In this document: piece by piece, positions 26,257 through 36,171 of the stretch | Numbering within the stretch: position 1 is the stretch's first letter | How the letters are laid out: the number at the start of each line of letters is the position of its first letter | Source: an uncultured bacterium | Lineage (GTDB): Bacteria > Acidobacteriota > HRBIN11 > JAKEFK01 | Reading direction: 5' to 3' | Assembly (NCBI GenBank): GCA_963777505.1 | Contig: CAVZQN010000003.1 | Span: forward strand, 347,932-411,931 | DNA: 64,000 nucleotides | Translations under genes and position numbers: made by a program | The notes under the pieces: generated by a model | The model's input: only the letters and a program-made list of their open reading frames with translations | Told to the model about the DNA's origin: nothing | Database searches by the model: none

Positions 26257-28593
26257 TTACGGGATCGAAATACGGTAAATTGGGTGGATTCCGAGAAGCG
26301 GATCACGAATTCGAATTTGTCTGTTAAACCAACCTCCATTTTGAGGCGTAAACGGGATATCCAGACGCGTAAAAATCCAGAAACTTAATTCATAATCGCC
26401 GGCCAATTCGTTTGTCGTTAATGGTATTTCAATCGGGATCTCGTGTCCTGCTTCTACAACAAATTCCTGCATATCACTTCCGATTTGATATGACTTCCAG
26501 GGCTGAGATTCGCCAACATCGCTCAAGAATGCTTCAACGTGACCGGTAACTTTCCGTTTGCTGCGGTTGATGAGCTCGCATTTCACTTTCAAAGGAGCTT
26601 CCTTGTCGAACAAAACAAAGGGTTGAAATTGTTCAGCACGCGTTATTTCTCTTTCCATTCTGACACTAAGAATTTCTAGAGGCGGACGAATTTCCGCTAC
26701 CTGAACTCCATCAGGAATTCCTTTCCATTCAAACTGAACATGTTGATTTGGTGTGATATCTGTCTGTGCGCGGCTGAACAAAGAAAATCTTGAATCTAAC
26801 CGCACAGGTAAAATTGCAAATGGAAAATATTCAGAATTTTTTTCCGCGGCAGATAAAGCGCTCATGCTGGATTTTTCCAGAATTGTTTCATTTAATTTCA
26901 AGTTTCGTACCTGTACATAAAACGAAGCATTCCTTTTTTCCGGAATTTTTAACGAATAGTATCCCGGCGGAAGCGACAGAGCACTGCCTGATTTCGTGAG
27001 GCGATATTCATCGTTTTGATCTTCTTTGATGACTGCCTGTTTAAATCCCGGTCTCACATGTAAACGATTCGTAGAAAAAACTTTGATTCTGTAATCAGGA
27101 ATGAGTGTAGGGTGGGTGACTAAATCTAAAATGAGAGCTCCTTCTGCCGGAGCCTGCTGAAAGAATGTCTCGAAATAGTCTTTGAATTTTTTAGCTTGCG
27201 GACCTTCAGTGTAATAACGCATGTATTGTCCGCTTGAAACAACAACATAATCAAATCCCTCTTTAACAAACCATTGAAAATCTTTCTTGCCGACATAATC
27301 TCGCGGCGCAAAACTTTCAATTTCAAAATAAGAAGGATCAAGTTCTATTTGATGAAATTGAAGTAGAGCGACTTTTGATCCTTGCGGAAGATGATTCACC
27401 ATCCACAATTCTGCCTTGCTCCGGTTGTCTTCTTTTGAGTATAAGTAAGCCCTTGTTAGTGCCCGCTGATATGGGAAAAATAAAGCTGCAAAGATTGCGA
27501 GTGCATATCCAATCGTTACGATCTGTGATCTTCGCGTTTGCCAGCCAGCATTCCAAATTAGATCGAATAAGATTCCAGACCACAATCCTATAAAGGGATG
27601 TAAAGGAAGTAATTCATGAACGCGCCGAACATCATATGAACAAAGCCAAACAAAGATGAAGATTGGATAGACTGAAAGCAGCAAGCCTTTAGATCTAAAA
27701 CGCCACAATGTAAATACAAAACCTGCAATACCCGAAATCGTGAGCGGCAGATGATAGTTGTATCGCGTTAAGTATTCTGCGTAGAAGTAAGCAACATTTT
27801 TTCCGTAATAATCCTCTGCCGGAGAATAGAAGGCATCCATTTTACGAACCCAGTGAAATAGACTTGAAGGGTCACTGATGAGGGAAATATTCGTTGCAAA
27901 AAAGATGAGAAAAAAACCGGCAGGAGCAGCTAGGAAAGCCGAGATGGGCAAAGCTTTCCGGTTTAACCAGAGCGCGAATCCTAACGTAAATAAAAATGGT
28001 AGTCCAATGTTGTACTTAATTGAAAATGCAGCTCCCGCCAGCAATCCGGCAATAAGAGCTCTCCGTGCTGTTGGCGTTTTGCTTAGAGAAAATGCTGCAC
28101 AATGTGCAGCAACAACAAAGAACAGGGCAGGGACTTCAGGCCGGAGCATATGACTGAATTCAATATGTTGAGGCACTGTAGCAAGAATTGCCATTCCGAT
28201 GAGCGCAGCTACTTTCCCAAAATGAAGTCCGAGTTTGTAGATGAGTACAACTGTGCCCGTTCCCAGCATCGCGCACATAAAGCGTCCAATAAAAATGAAA
28301 GAGGATTGTGGGATTGAGGTAACTTCATTGAAATATCCGGTCCAAACTCCAATCCAATAAAAAGCGTACAGAAAAGGCAAATGAATGTAATAAGAAAGGC
28401 CTGGATAAATAAATTGTTGCGGAATTAAGTTCCCTGTGTACAACATACGTTGAAGGACAAGAAGAGTATCGTTTTCGCCGTAAAGTGTGTGCAGGGGAAG
28501 TCCGGATGAAAGTCCTTTCAAACGTACCACTGCAGCAAAAGTCAGGATGATCCAAAATGCAAATCGGTGAAGGTCGGGCCGTTCACTGTTCAT
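26257..28593 (-). CDS. Polytopic membrane protein, GT39/PMT_2 (ArnT-like) glycosyltransferase family, with a large C-terminal soluble domain
   Basis: About 12 N-terminal TM helices with the ArnT/PMT-like pattern (RLKGLS.., YPGLSYY..). Its start overlaps the sensor kinase stop (ATGA). Confidence 0.5.
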   Translation of the reverse strand: MNSERPDLHRFAFWIILTFAAVVRLKGLSSGLPLHTLYGENDTLLVLQRMLYTGNLIPQQFIYPGLSYYIHLPFLYAFYWIGVWTGYFNEVTSIPQSSFIFIGRFMCAMLGTGTVVLIYKLGLHFGKVAALIGMAILATVPQHIEFSHMLRPEVPALFFVVAAHCAAFSLSKTPTARRALIAGLLAGAAFSIKYNIGLPFLFTLGFALWLNRKALPISAFLAAPAGFFLIFFATNISLISDPSSLFHWVRKMDAFYSPAEDYYGKNVAYFYAEYLTRYNYHLPLTISGIAGFVFTLWRFRSKGLLLSVYPIFIFVWLCSYDVRRVHELLPLHPFIGLWSGILFDLIWNAGWQTRRSQIVTIGYALAIFAALFFPYQRALTRAYLYSKEDNRSKAELWMVNHLPQGSKVALLQFHQIELDPSYFEIESFAPRDYVGKKDFQWFVKEGFDYVVVSSGQYMRYYTEGPQAKKFKDYFETFFQQAPAEGALILDLVTHPTLIPDYRIKVFSTNRLHVRPGFKQAVIKEDQNDEYRLTKSGSALSLPPGYYSLKIPEKRNASFYVQVRNLKLNETILEKSSMSALSAAEKNSEYFPFAILPVRLDSRFSLFSRAQTDITPNQHVQFEWKGIPDGVQVAEIRPPLEILSVRMEREITRAEQFQPFVLFDKEAPLKVKCELINRSKRKVTGHVEAFLSDVGESQPWKSYQIGSDMQEFVVEAGHEIPIEIPLTTNELAGDYELSFWIFTRLDIPFTPQNGGWFNRQIRIRDPLLGIHPIYRISIP

Positions 28594-30248
28594 CAGGAAA
28601 TACTCTTTGCATCTTTGTGGTTAGATTCTACCGCAGGCAGATGAACCTCGAATCGTGTCCCTTTCCCAGGGTGAGAATTGACGCGGATGCTGCCTTGATG
28701 TTCGGTGATGATTCTCTGGACAATTGCGAGCCCCAGGCCAGTGCCTGTAGGTTTTGTCGTGAAATACGGAGTAAAAATATGGCGTTGAACCTGTGCATCC
28801 ATTCCAGGTCCATTGTCTTCGATACTTAGAATTGCTTCTAGTGGTTCATTTGTTCCAAGCGAAGTACTCACTCGAACACTCCCTTCACTGCCGGCAGCTT
28901 CCACTGCATTTCGAACGAGATTGTGGATGACTTGCGAAATCTGTTCGTGATCAAATTCTATAGAAGGCAAATTTCCAGCATTAAATTGAACAGTTGCGGA
29001 ACCATTCGCCTGATACAGCAACAAACACTTTTGTATAACCGCATTGAGATCGCCTGATTTTCTTGATGGAGATGGAAGTCTGGCAAATCCGGAAAATTCA
29101 TCTGCAAGATGCCGGAGTTTTTCGACTTCTTCCAAGATGCTCTCACTTGATTCTTGAAAGACTTCATTAAACCGCGAAGGGACTTTTTCAAGACAAACCC
29201 GTAGATTCATGATGGACGTCTTGATCGGGGTTAATGGATTTTTGATTTCGTGTGCAAGATGGCGCGCAATTTCCTGCCATGCAGCAACTCGCTCAGCTTG
29301 CAACAACAAACGTTGCTTTTCTTGCAGCTCGCTGGTCATTCTGTTAAATGCGCGAATTAAGTCTTGAACTTCTTCACCGCCACGTTCCTCGAGTTGCATT
29401 TGCGAAGCACCTGAACCCATTCGATTCGCTGCTTCTGTCAGTTCCGCAAGCGGCGCGGTGATCCAGCGAGAAAGAAGGTGGCCGGCAGCCACGGATATCA
29501 AAAGAAATAGTACTATGAATATAGTACTATAAAAAATCAAATCCCGTTTCTCCTTTTCCATTGTCCCTGCGGATGTGGCTACAGAGACCCATGCAATGGG
29601 AACGCCATTGAAGTCTTTGACGTCGATGACCTCAGCGAGCATTTTTGGAGCCGTATTGTTCACCGGAGGACGCGACTTGAGTACTGCGATTTTTGTTCCC
29701 GGATATGGAATCCGCGTTATTTCGTCCGCAAGAAAGTAGCCGCCTTGCAGGAATACTTTTCGGTTTCCAAACTGTGCTGCGCGTCGAAATTGCAGAGTCA
29801 ATTCTGGAATCGCAACAACAACCGGTTCACCTTCTTTAATTGCCGGTTGTGAAAGAGGCTTTCCGAATAAAGCAGGCTGGCGGCTATCGCTTAAAATGAT
29901 TCCTTCAGGCGAAACAATCATTAAGAAACCTAACGGAGTTCTTCGCTTAATCCGTTCTGCAAATGCGATAACTTCTCGGTTGAATTGAGGCGGCTGCGAC
30001 AGCATGGCTGCAAGAACAGGTTCCTGTTCAATAAACAAACCGGCGGCCAACTGATCCATTTCAAGCTTTAAACTGCGGCGCAATGATTCCAATCGGAAAT
30101 TCAACAACTCTATACTTTGCTGCAACCGCTCTTTCGCTTGCCTTTCATAACTCGCGCTGATTCTGTCGTAGAGAAAAATAGCTGTGCCGGCTATGAATAT
30201 GGAAACAGTGATAGCAAGCAGCAGAGTAATTTTTACGGGTAGTCTCAT
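28593..30248 (-). CDS. Sensor histidine kinase (TM-periplasmic-TM, HAMP, HisKA, HATPase_c)
   Basis: H-box HEIKNPLTPI. N/G boxes NLVRNAVEA, DNGPGM, GTGLGLAIV. Confidence 0.85.
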   Translation of the reverse strand: MRLPVKITLLLAITVSIFIAGTAIFLYDRISASYERQAKERLQQSIELLNFRLESLRRSLKLEMDQLAAGLFIEQEPVLAAMLSQPPQFNREVIAFAERIKRRTPLGFLMIVSPEGIILSDSRQPALFGKPLSQPAIKEGEPVVVAIPELTLQFRRAAQFGNRKVFLQGGYFLADEITRIPYPGTKIAVLKSRPPVNNTAPKMLAEVIDVKDFNGVPIAWVSVATSAGTMEKEKRDLIFYSTIFIVLFLLISVAAGHLLSRWITAPLAELTEAANRMGSGASQMQLEERGGEEVQDLIRAFNRMTSELQEKQRLLLQAERVAAWQEIARHLAHEIKNPLTPIKTSIMNLRVCLEKVPSRFNEVFQESSESILEEVEKLRHLADEFSGFARLPSPSRKSGDLNAVIQKCLLLYQANGSATVQFNAGNLPSIEFDHEQISQVIHNLVRNAVEAAGSEGSVRVSTSLGTNEPLEAILSIEDNGPGMDAQVQRHIFTPYFTTKPTGTGLGLAIVQRIITEHQGSIRVNSHPGKGTRFEVHLPAVESNHKDAKSIS

Positions 30249-31432
30249 TTTTGTTCAGGTATGATCCAGGTGTCAGCCAAATCCAGAGAATCTCCATTCA
30301 CTCCCAAATTGACTACATTTTTGCGAGCAGCAATTCGTGTTGTATGGATCAATACAGGTACAAGTTTTCCTGAAGCTTCCATTTCATCCCAAATTTCAAA
30401 CCAGGGTCGCGAGCCACGTGGATGAAATTTTGTACGAAGCAAGTTGTATCGAAATAAATCCTGATCTTTTTCTGAAACTTTCTGAGCAGCGATCTCAATT
30501 TTAGGATTTCCGGAAGCGCCTGATGCTGCAGCAGTGAATCCCAGTTCCTGCCATTCCAAAACCAGGCGCTCCCCAAGAAGGCGGTATGGATCTTCGTCCG
30601 GCACCTTAAACTCCACAGCTTTTTGGGCACCGGAATGATTTGAAGATTGCTGAGCCATCATGACTTCCGCGTGGTCATTCAAAACAGCTTTTGCGATTTC
30701 TCCAACGCTGGTTTCTAGAGTGAGTCTTGCAATTTCTTCAGGCTGTAATCCTGAAGTGATGAGATAAACAAAATACGAAGGCCCCTGAACGACATTCAAT
30801 TCCGAGTCGGAATTAATTTGCTGAAATCTTTCTTCAGGCACAGGCAGCACATCCACATCATTAAGTTTGAACGATAAGTATGGATTGGCAGGATCCACAG
30901 GTGTGGGCGTAATTGAATCCAGAAAAGGTCTCCCTGAAATGCAGTTTGCATTTGCCTCAAATCCAAATTGAGTTTTTCGATAAGCTTGAAAGGGTTCAAT
31001 ATCTGAAGGAGGCAAACATGGAGAAGTGAGAATTGCCTGAAGATACTCTGCTTCCTCGCTCTGGATTATTAAGATTCCAGATTCCATTTGGAATTGATTG
31101 GGATGGCGATGATCGAAAAACGGGTAGTCTAAAATCCAGTGGCAGGAATTTTCGTGATCCTGAATGGAAGCAACAGACTTTTCAATATCAATAAGCCATT
31201 CTGGATTCAAGCCAGAAAAGTCCAAGCGGACTTCTTTATCGCGAATTTCGGTTGGAACAGGAATCAACGCTTTGATTTCTTCACCGTTAACGTTAAAAAT
31301 CGCTCGCCTGTTTATTGTCTCGATGAGTGTATCTGCGATACGAAGATTTCCACCGAAATGTGGCTTTCGCAGTGAATAAACAGGAGAGGCTAAAAGCAGA
31401 ATAAGAAGAATCAGCAGGAAGCGTTTCATCAA
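30245..31432 (-). CDS. Periplasmic solute-binding-protein-like (SBP family 5-like) protein
   Basis: Signal peptide MMKRFLLILLILLLASPVYS. Degenerate SBP_bac_5-like sequence. Overlaps both neighbouring genes by 4 nt. Confidence 0.4.
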   Translation of the reverse strand: MMKRFLLILLILLLASPVYSLRKPHFGGNLRIADTLIETINRRAIFNVNGEEIKALIPVPTEIRDKEVRLDFSGLNPEWLIDIEKSVASIQDHENSCHWILDYPFFDHRHPNQFQMESGILIIQSEEAEYLQAILTSPCLPPSDIEPFQAYRKTQFGFEANANCISGRPFLDSITPTPVDPANPYLSFKLNDVDVLPVPEERFQQINSDSELNVVQGPSYFVYLITSGLQPEEIARLTLETSVGEIAKAVLNDHAEVMMAQQSSNHSGAQKAVEFKVPDEDPYRLLGERLVLEWQELGFTAAASGASGNPKIEIAAQKVSEKDQDLFRYNLLRTKFHPRGSRPWFEIWDEMEASGKLVPVLIHTTRIAARKNVVNLGVNGDSLDLADTWIIPEQK

Positions 31433-32601
31433 AATAATTCCAGAACGTCGATGTAAATTTGATCCTTGGTTCGAATTGTAACCAGAAGTTCTGAAGTACC
31501 ATCTTGATTAAGATCCGTTAGGGCAAGATCCAGAATCTCTCCAGCAACCTCCTTTCTGGAAGCCAGGGTAAGAGACGAGTTTTGGTGGACGAACTTCAAT
31601 ACTGAATCAGGTTGATCGGGCAGCGACGCAGAAGATGTGTAAATCGCAGGCCAGTTCACTGCAAGTGAACATCCAACAATTTCATTCGCTGTAGTTAATG
31701 TGCCTGCACCGATGCTGAGCGTTTGATTGTCTTGAACAACAGCCATTCCTTTGGGGATTAAGAGTTCGAAGTCATAAAATCGTCCGTTCATCAGCATGAA
31801 AGTATTCAAGCCTGGTGCAGGTTTCGGAATATATGTTGCGTGTTCCGTGGGAGATGATTGATCGAAGTTTGAATCATATTTCAATGGATAATTGAGGTTG
31901 TTACTAAGAATCAAAAACTCGCCGCTTAATGCAAGTATTTTTCCGGAGGGTGCTCTCGAACGAACATTTAAGAAATGTTCGGCTGCGATCGAGACTTTTT
32001 TCTTGTTGCCGGTTTTCCAATCAATCCTCTCCACTGCGTCATCATATAGGACAATAATTTCGCAAGACTCCTGATTTTCAGGGCAGACTTGATTTACATC
32101 CAGCGGTGCTGATTGTAAGAACGCAACAGGTGTTGGAATTGCGACTTCTTTATGATGATGCATCGATGAATGATCAGTTTCTTCAGGAACTTTTGGTGAT
32201 TCTTTCGGAGGTTGAGTCCACAAAATTGCAGTCATACCTGTGAGCTGTCCTTGAGAGGGATCTGTTGTTTCCCATAAGAACTGTAACTGTCCATCTGCGT
32301 ATAGAAGGACTCCGTTCACGGTCAGTGGGATGGAATCAGGAGTTTTGCTTTTCCAGATTTCATTTTCAAGGGCACCGCGGAAATAGTGTAAGGAAGAATC
32401 GGGTAAAGATGCTTGATTTTCTATTTTGCCAATTTTTGCTGCAGCATTTCCGATTCGGGAGTTGATCTGTCGGACGGCATCCCATGCCAGGCGCTGTAAA
32501 GGATCTTCGGGTTGCGACAGAGCTACTTTAATAGGCTCTGGCTTTTTCTGACACGAGAGGCATGTCAGCACAAGAATGGCGACCCAAATTGTTCGTTTCA
32601 T
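31429..32601 (-). CDS. Putative lipoprotein or secreted hypothetical protein
   Basis: N-terminal MKRTIWVAILVLTCLSCQ. No recognisable domain. It is the first gene of the four-gene overlapping operon. Confidence 0.4.
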   Translation of the reverse strand: MKRTIWVAILVLTCLSCQKKPEPIKVALSQPEDPLQRLAWDAVRQINSRIGNAAAKIGKIENQASLPDSSLHYFRGALENEIWKSKTPDSIPLTVNGVLLYADGQLQFLWETTDPSQGQLTGMTAILWTQPPKESPKVPEETDHSSMHHHKEVAIPTPVAFLQSAPLDVNQVCPENQESCEIIVLYDDAVERIDWKTGNKKKVSIAAEHFLNVRSRAPSGKILALSGEFLILSNNLNYPLKYDSNFDQSSPTEHATYIPKPAPGLNTFMLMNGRFYDFELLIPKGMAVVQDNQTLSIGAGTLTTANEIVGCSLAVNWPAIYTSSASLPDQPDSVLKFVHQNSSLTLASRKEVAGEILDLALTDLNQDGTSELLVTIRTKDQIYIDVLELF

Positions 32602-32659
32602 AAAATAAGGAGGCCTTCAATTCGAGGTTGCAAAGTTCCTACCTTATATAATACAGCGT

Positions 32660-33994
32660 ATGTTATTTCGAAGTACCACAGGTAAAACGGAGCCGGTTTC
32701 ATTTCGGGAAGCGATGATGAGCGGTCTTGCTCCTGATGGCGGGTTGTATTTGCCTCAGTCAATTCCCAGGTTGGCAGAGAACAAGATAGACGCTCTGCAG
32801 AGTTTAACCTTTCAGGAACTTAGTTTTGAGATAGCATCCCTCTGGCTTCAACATGAGGTTTCAATCCAATCACTTCATAAAATTATTGACACAGCATTCT
32901 CATTTGATGTTCCGCTTGTACACGTAAAAGACGGTATATATTCGCTTGAATTATTTCATGGTCCAACTCTGGCATTTAAAGATTTTGGCGCGCGGTTTAT
33001 GGCCCAGCTCATGGGCCATTTCAGCAGCGCGTCTGCGCGTGAACGAACGATCCTGGTCGCAACTTCGGGCGATACAGGAAGCGCAGTTGCGAACGGCTTT
33101 CATAAAGTTGAAGGAACCAGAGTGATTCTGCTTTTTCCAGCAGGAAAAATCAGCGAGATTCAGCGCAAACAAATGACAACTCTGGGCGAAAATATCACCG
33201 CCCTTGCTATTGAAGGATCGTTCGACGATTGTCAAAAACTTGTAAAACAGGCATTTTCGGACGCTTCGATCCGGCAAGTTGTGAACCTAACTTCCGCGAA
33301 TTCAATCAATATTGCTAGGCTATTACCGCAATCGTTTTACTACTTTTATGGTGTAGGACAATTGGGCGATTCAGAACTTCCAGTTGTCGCTGTGCCTTCT
33401 GGAAATTTTGGAAACTTAACCGCAGGTTTGCTTGCAAAACGGATGGGATTGCCCGTGGCTCGTTTCATTGCAGCGACAAATCGCAATGATGTCATTCCAG
33501 AATATTTGAATACTGGAATTTTTAAGGCTCGTTCATCTGTGCAAACCATTTCCAATGCGATGGACGTCGGGAATCCGAGCAATTTTGAGAGAATGCTGAC
33601 ATTGTATGAGGATCACACCTCTATGCAGCAAGATATTTTTGGCGCGAGTTTTGACGATAATCAAACACGAAATAGTATTCGTGAAGTCTACAGGGATACT
33701 CATTACGTGATGGATCCTCATGGTGCCGTAGCTTTTTTGGGCATTCAGCAATATCAGAAAGACCATCCGGACTCAAAGAGCGATCCAGCCATTTTTCTTG
33801 AGACCGCACATCCTGCAAAATTTCCAGAAGTCGTTGAAGCTGAAATCGGTAGAAGTTTAGAAGTGCCTCCCAATCTGGCATCGTGTCTGAGTCTCAAAGA
33901 AAGCTGGATTTCCATGAGTTCAGATTTCCAGGAATTTAAGTCGTTTTTGTTAAGCAATACTGGCGGGTCTAAGACCCACCCTACTACACTTTGA
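32660..33994 (+). CDS. thrC: Threonine synthase
   Basis: PLP-lysine motif HGPTLAFKDFGARF, ATSGDTGSA, and overall length. The 3' end runs into a GC-hairpin repeat copy. Confidence 0.85.
   Translation: MLFRSTTGKTEPVSFREAMMSGLAPDGGLYLPQSIPRLAENKIDALQSLTFQELSFEIASLWLQHEVSIQSLHKIIDTAFSFDVPLVHVKDGIYSLELFHGPTLAFKDFGARFMAQLMGHFSSASARERTILVATSGDTGSAVANGFHKVEGTRVILLFPAGKISEIQRKQMTTLGENITALAIEGSFDDCQKLVKQAFSDASIRQVVNLTSANSINIARLLPQSFYYFYGVGQLGDSELPVVAVPSGNFGNLTAGLLAKRMGLPVARFIAATNRNDVIPEYLNTGIFKARSSVQTISNAMDVGNPSNFERMLTLYEDHTSMQQDIFGASFDDNQTRNSIREVYRDTHYVMDPHGAVAFLGIQQYQKDHPDSKSDPAIFLETAHPAKFPEVVEAEIGRSLEVPPNLASCLSLKESWISMSSDFQEFKSFLLSNTGGSKTHPTTL
33962..33984. repeat. Family 2 GC-hairpin repeat copy (degenerate, reverse orientation), embedded in the thrC 3' end
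   Basis: GGCGGGTCTAAGACCCACCCTAC. It encodes the last ~8 codons of thrC. Confidence 0.45.
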
Positions 33995-34009
33995 TAGAAT
34001 AAGGAGCTT

Positions 34010-34558
34010 ATGAAGGAACTGATCGAAGAGCTGCTTCGCAGGTTAGGAGAAGATCCGAATCGGGAGGGGTTGGCGCGTACGCCAGAACGCGTAGAGAAGG
34101 CACTCAAATTCTTTACGAAAGGTTATCAAGATGACCCTGCCGAAATTCTGAATAACGCCCTTTTTGTAGAAGATTATGATGAGATGGTCATCGTGAAGGA
34201 CATTGATCTATTTAGCCTTTGCGAACATCATCTGCTTCCATTTTTTGGAAGATGTCATGTTGCATATATACCGCGCAATAAAATTATCGGTCTGAGCAAG
34301 ATTGTGCGGATTGTGGAAGTCTACAGCCGGCGATTGCAAGTTCAGGAACGTCTAACATCGCAAATTGCCGAATTTATATCCAAGTCCTTGAACCCGTATG
34401 GAGTAGGAGTTGTGATTGAAGCTCAACATCTTTGTATGATGATGAGAGGTGTTGAAAAACAAAATTCTCTTGCAATTACATCTTCGATGTTAGGTTCATT
34501 TCGAACCGATGTTGAAACGCGCATGGAGTTCATGGAATTAATCAAAGGAAAACGATAA
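34010..34558 (+). CDS. folE: GTP cyclohydrolase I
   Basis: [26 protein letters not shown] motifs. Confidence 0.9.
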   Translation: MKELIEELLRRLGEDPNREGLARTPERVEKALKFFTKGYQDDPAEILNNALFVEDYDEMVIVKDIDLFSLCEHHLLPFFGRCHVAYIPRNKIIGLSKIVRIVEVYSRRLQVQERLTSQIAEFISKSLNPYGVGVVIEAQHLCMMMRGVEKQNSLAITSSMLGSFRTDVETRMEFMELIKGKR

Positions 34559-34634
34559 GGGAGCGCGGACGTCTCGTCCGCATAAGGGAACGCAGGCGTC
34601 TGCCTGCTATAAAATGAATTGATGGTGGGGTGGG

Positions 34635-34988
34635 ATGGATTTTCCGGGACCTGATGATCTGAGTGAGAACCAGGACGGCATCGAGCGCAGCGATGACGAT
34701 CTGTATGAGCCTTATTCTAAGCTGATCCCCATTTATTATCAGGGAAAAGAATATATGGTCCCTGAAAACAATACTCTTCTTCGAGTGCTGCAATATTTGA
34801 ATCCTGAAGTTGCATACGGAAATTATTGTTGGAATGGGGACTGCCGCAACTGCATGATCACAATCAGACGAAGTGATGATAGTCAGGAAGTAACAGCCGT
34901 AGGGTGCCTTACGAAAGCTGTTCCTGGTTTGCAGATTGTTCGTTTACCTCTTGGAGTTAAGATCAGCAAAGCTCCGAGATTGTATTAG
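34635..34988 (+). CDS. Small [2Fe-2S]-binding domain protein (NuoG/HoxU N-terminal-like)
   Basis: YCWNGDCRNCMITI matches the C-x-x-G-x-C-R-x-C cluster motif of the Fer2_4 domain. Confidence 0.45.
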   Translation: MDFPGPDDLSENQDGIERSDDDLYEPYSKLIPIYYQGKEYMVPENNTLLRVLQYLNPEVAYGNYCWNGDCRNCMITIRRSDDSQEVTAVGCLTKAVPGLQIVRLPLGVKISKAPRLY

Positions 34989-35002
34989 CGAATCAAATAC
35001 AA

Positions 35003-35536
35003 TCAATGCTGATGTTCGTCGTATTCTTTCTCTAGTCTTTCCTCAATTTCTTCAATATCCAGTGGCTTCATCATTTCAGCAATTTCAGGATCTTCTTTGG
35101 CGTCTTTCTTTAGAGTTCGATAAATTGCAGAACACATCTGCATAATCTTTGTAATTTCTTCTTCAGACACCATGTTAATTTGAAGATCAATTTCTTGACG
35201 TAAGTCCGCAATTTTTGCTTGCCTGTTTTGGCTGATCAAAACAAAAATGGCAAGGAAGATTGCTTCTAAGGATACGGCTGTCGTTAACAGCGGAAATGGG
35301 AAAGGATCAAAGGGCTTTATTCCGGGAAAAAATCCAACATTAATAATGATCCACGAGAAAAACCAAAGCACGTTCGCAATCAGAAAGCCGATACTGCCGC
35401 TAATTGCGGTCACACGATCGGCGACTTTTTCAGACGCTGTCATCCGTTGATTGTGCTTCGCTTGAAAACTATGAAACCTCTTGAGTCTCTGAGTATAACG
35501 AGAAGCCATAACCTTATTCCTCCTAAGTCGTGTCAT
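35003..35536 (-). CDS. DUF1003-family membrane protein
   Basis: FDPFPFPLLTTAVSLEAIFLAIFVLISQNRQ is a hallmark of DUF1003. Confidence 0.65.
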   Translation of the reverse strand: MTRLRRNKVMASRYTQRLKRFHSFQAKHNQRMTASEKVADRVTAISGSIGFLIANVLWFFSWIIINVGFFPGIKPFDPFPFPLLTTAVSLEAIFLAIFVLISQNRQAKIADLRQEIDLQINMVSEEEITKIMQMCSAIYRTLKKDAKEDPEIAEMMKPLDIEEIEERLEKEYDEHQH

Positions 35537-35608
35537 TAAAAGATATACCGTTAATTCGAAAATTGAATTCCCCTCTATTTCGAATAGTTTCTAGTCAGGA
35601 GAACTCAG

Positions 35609-36169
35609 ATGAATGTAAATGACTTACTCATGACAGTTGTGCGCAGTATTGGTCTCTACGTAATAATGCTGGTGGTAATTCGTTTACTCGGTAAAAAGAC
35701 CATTGGTAACTTCACAGCCTTTGATCTTCTTGTTGCATTGATGCTTGGCGAAGTGGTTGACGAAGTGATCTATGGAGATGTGAGTTTCATTGAAGGTACT
35801 GTGGCAATCATTGTTATCGCGGTGGCTAAATACTTCACTACATACCTTTCTTTCGCATCACCAAGACTCGCTAAAATTCTGGAAGGCACACCTACAATCC
35901 TGGTCAAAGAAGGTCAGCTCAATGAAAAAGTGATGAAAAGTGAATTAATGAGTAAAGGAGAGGTCCATGCTGCGCTCAGGTTGAGGGAGATTGAAGACAT
36001 GAGGGAAGTGAAACTCGCAACACTCGAAGTGGACGGAGAAATCAGCGTTATTAAAGAAGATTGGGCTGAACCACTGCAGAAAATGGATCTGGATCGCAAG
36101 AGTACTAAAGAAATTATTCCGCCGGATAAGAATACGATGGCTGAACTGATGCCGGGTTTCGAGTCTTAA
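35609..36169 (+). CDS. DUF421 (YetF-like) membrane protein
   Basis: RLLGKKTIGNFTAFDLLVALMLGE pattern. Confidence 0.7.
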   Translation: MNVNDLLMTVVRSIGLYVIMLVVIRLLGKKTIGNFTAFDLLVALMLGEVVDEVIYGDVSFIEGTVAIIVIAVAKYFTTYLSFASPRLAKILEGTPTILVKEGQLNEKVMKSELMSKGEVHAALRLREIEDMREVKLATLEVDGEISVIKEDWAEPLQKMDLDRKSTKEIIPPDKNTMAELMPGFES

Positions 36170-36171
36170 CA

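Noticed and set aside
28603-28624. Family 1-like motif CTCTTTGCATCTTTGTGGTTAG inside the 3' end of the sensor kinase gene
   Set aside because: It encodes the terminal residues ..NHKDAKS.. of the kinase. It may be a chance match or a repeat insertion that created the C-terminus, so it is not counted as an intergenic copy.
33533-34107. Several 77-117-aa minus-strand ORFs antisense to thrC/folE
   Set aside because: They overlap conserved housekeeping genes on the opposite strand and show no conserved motifs.
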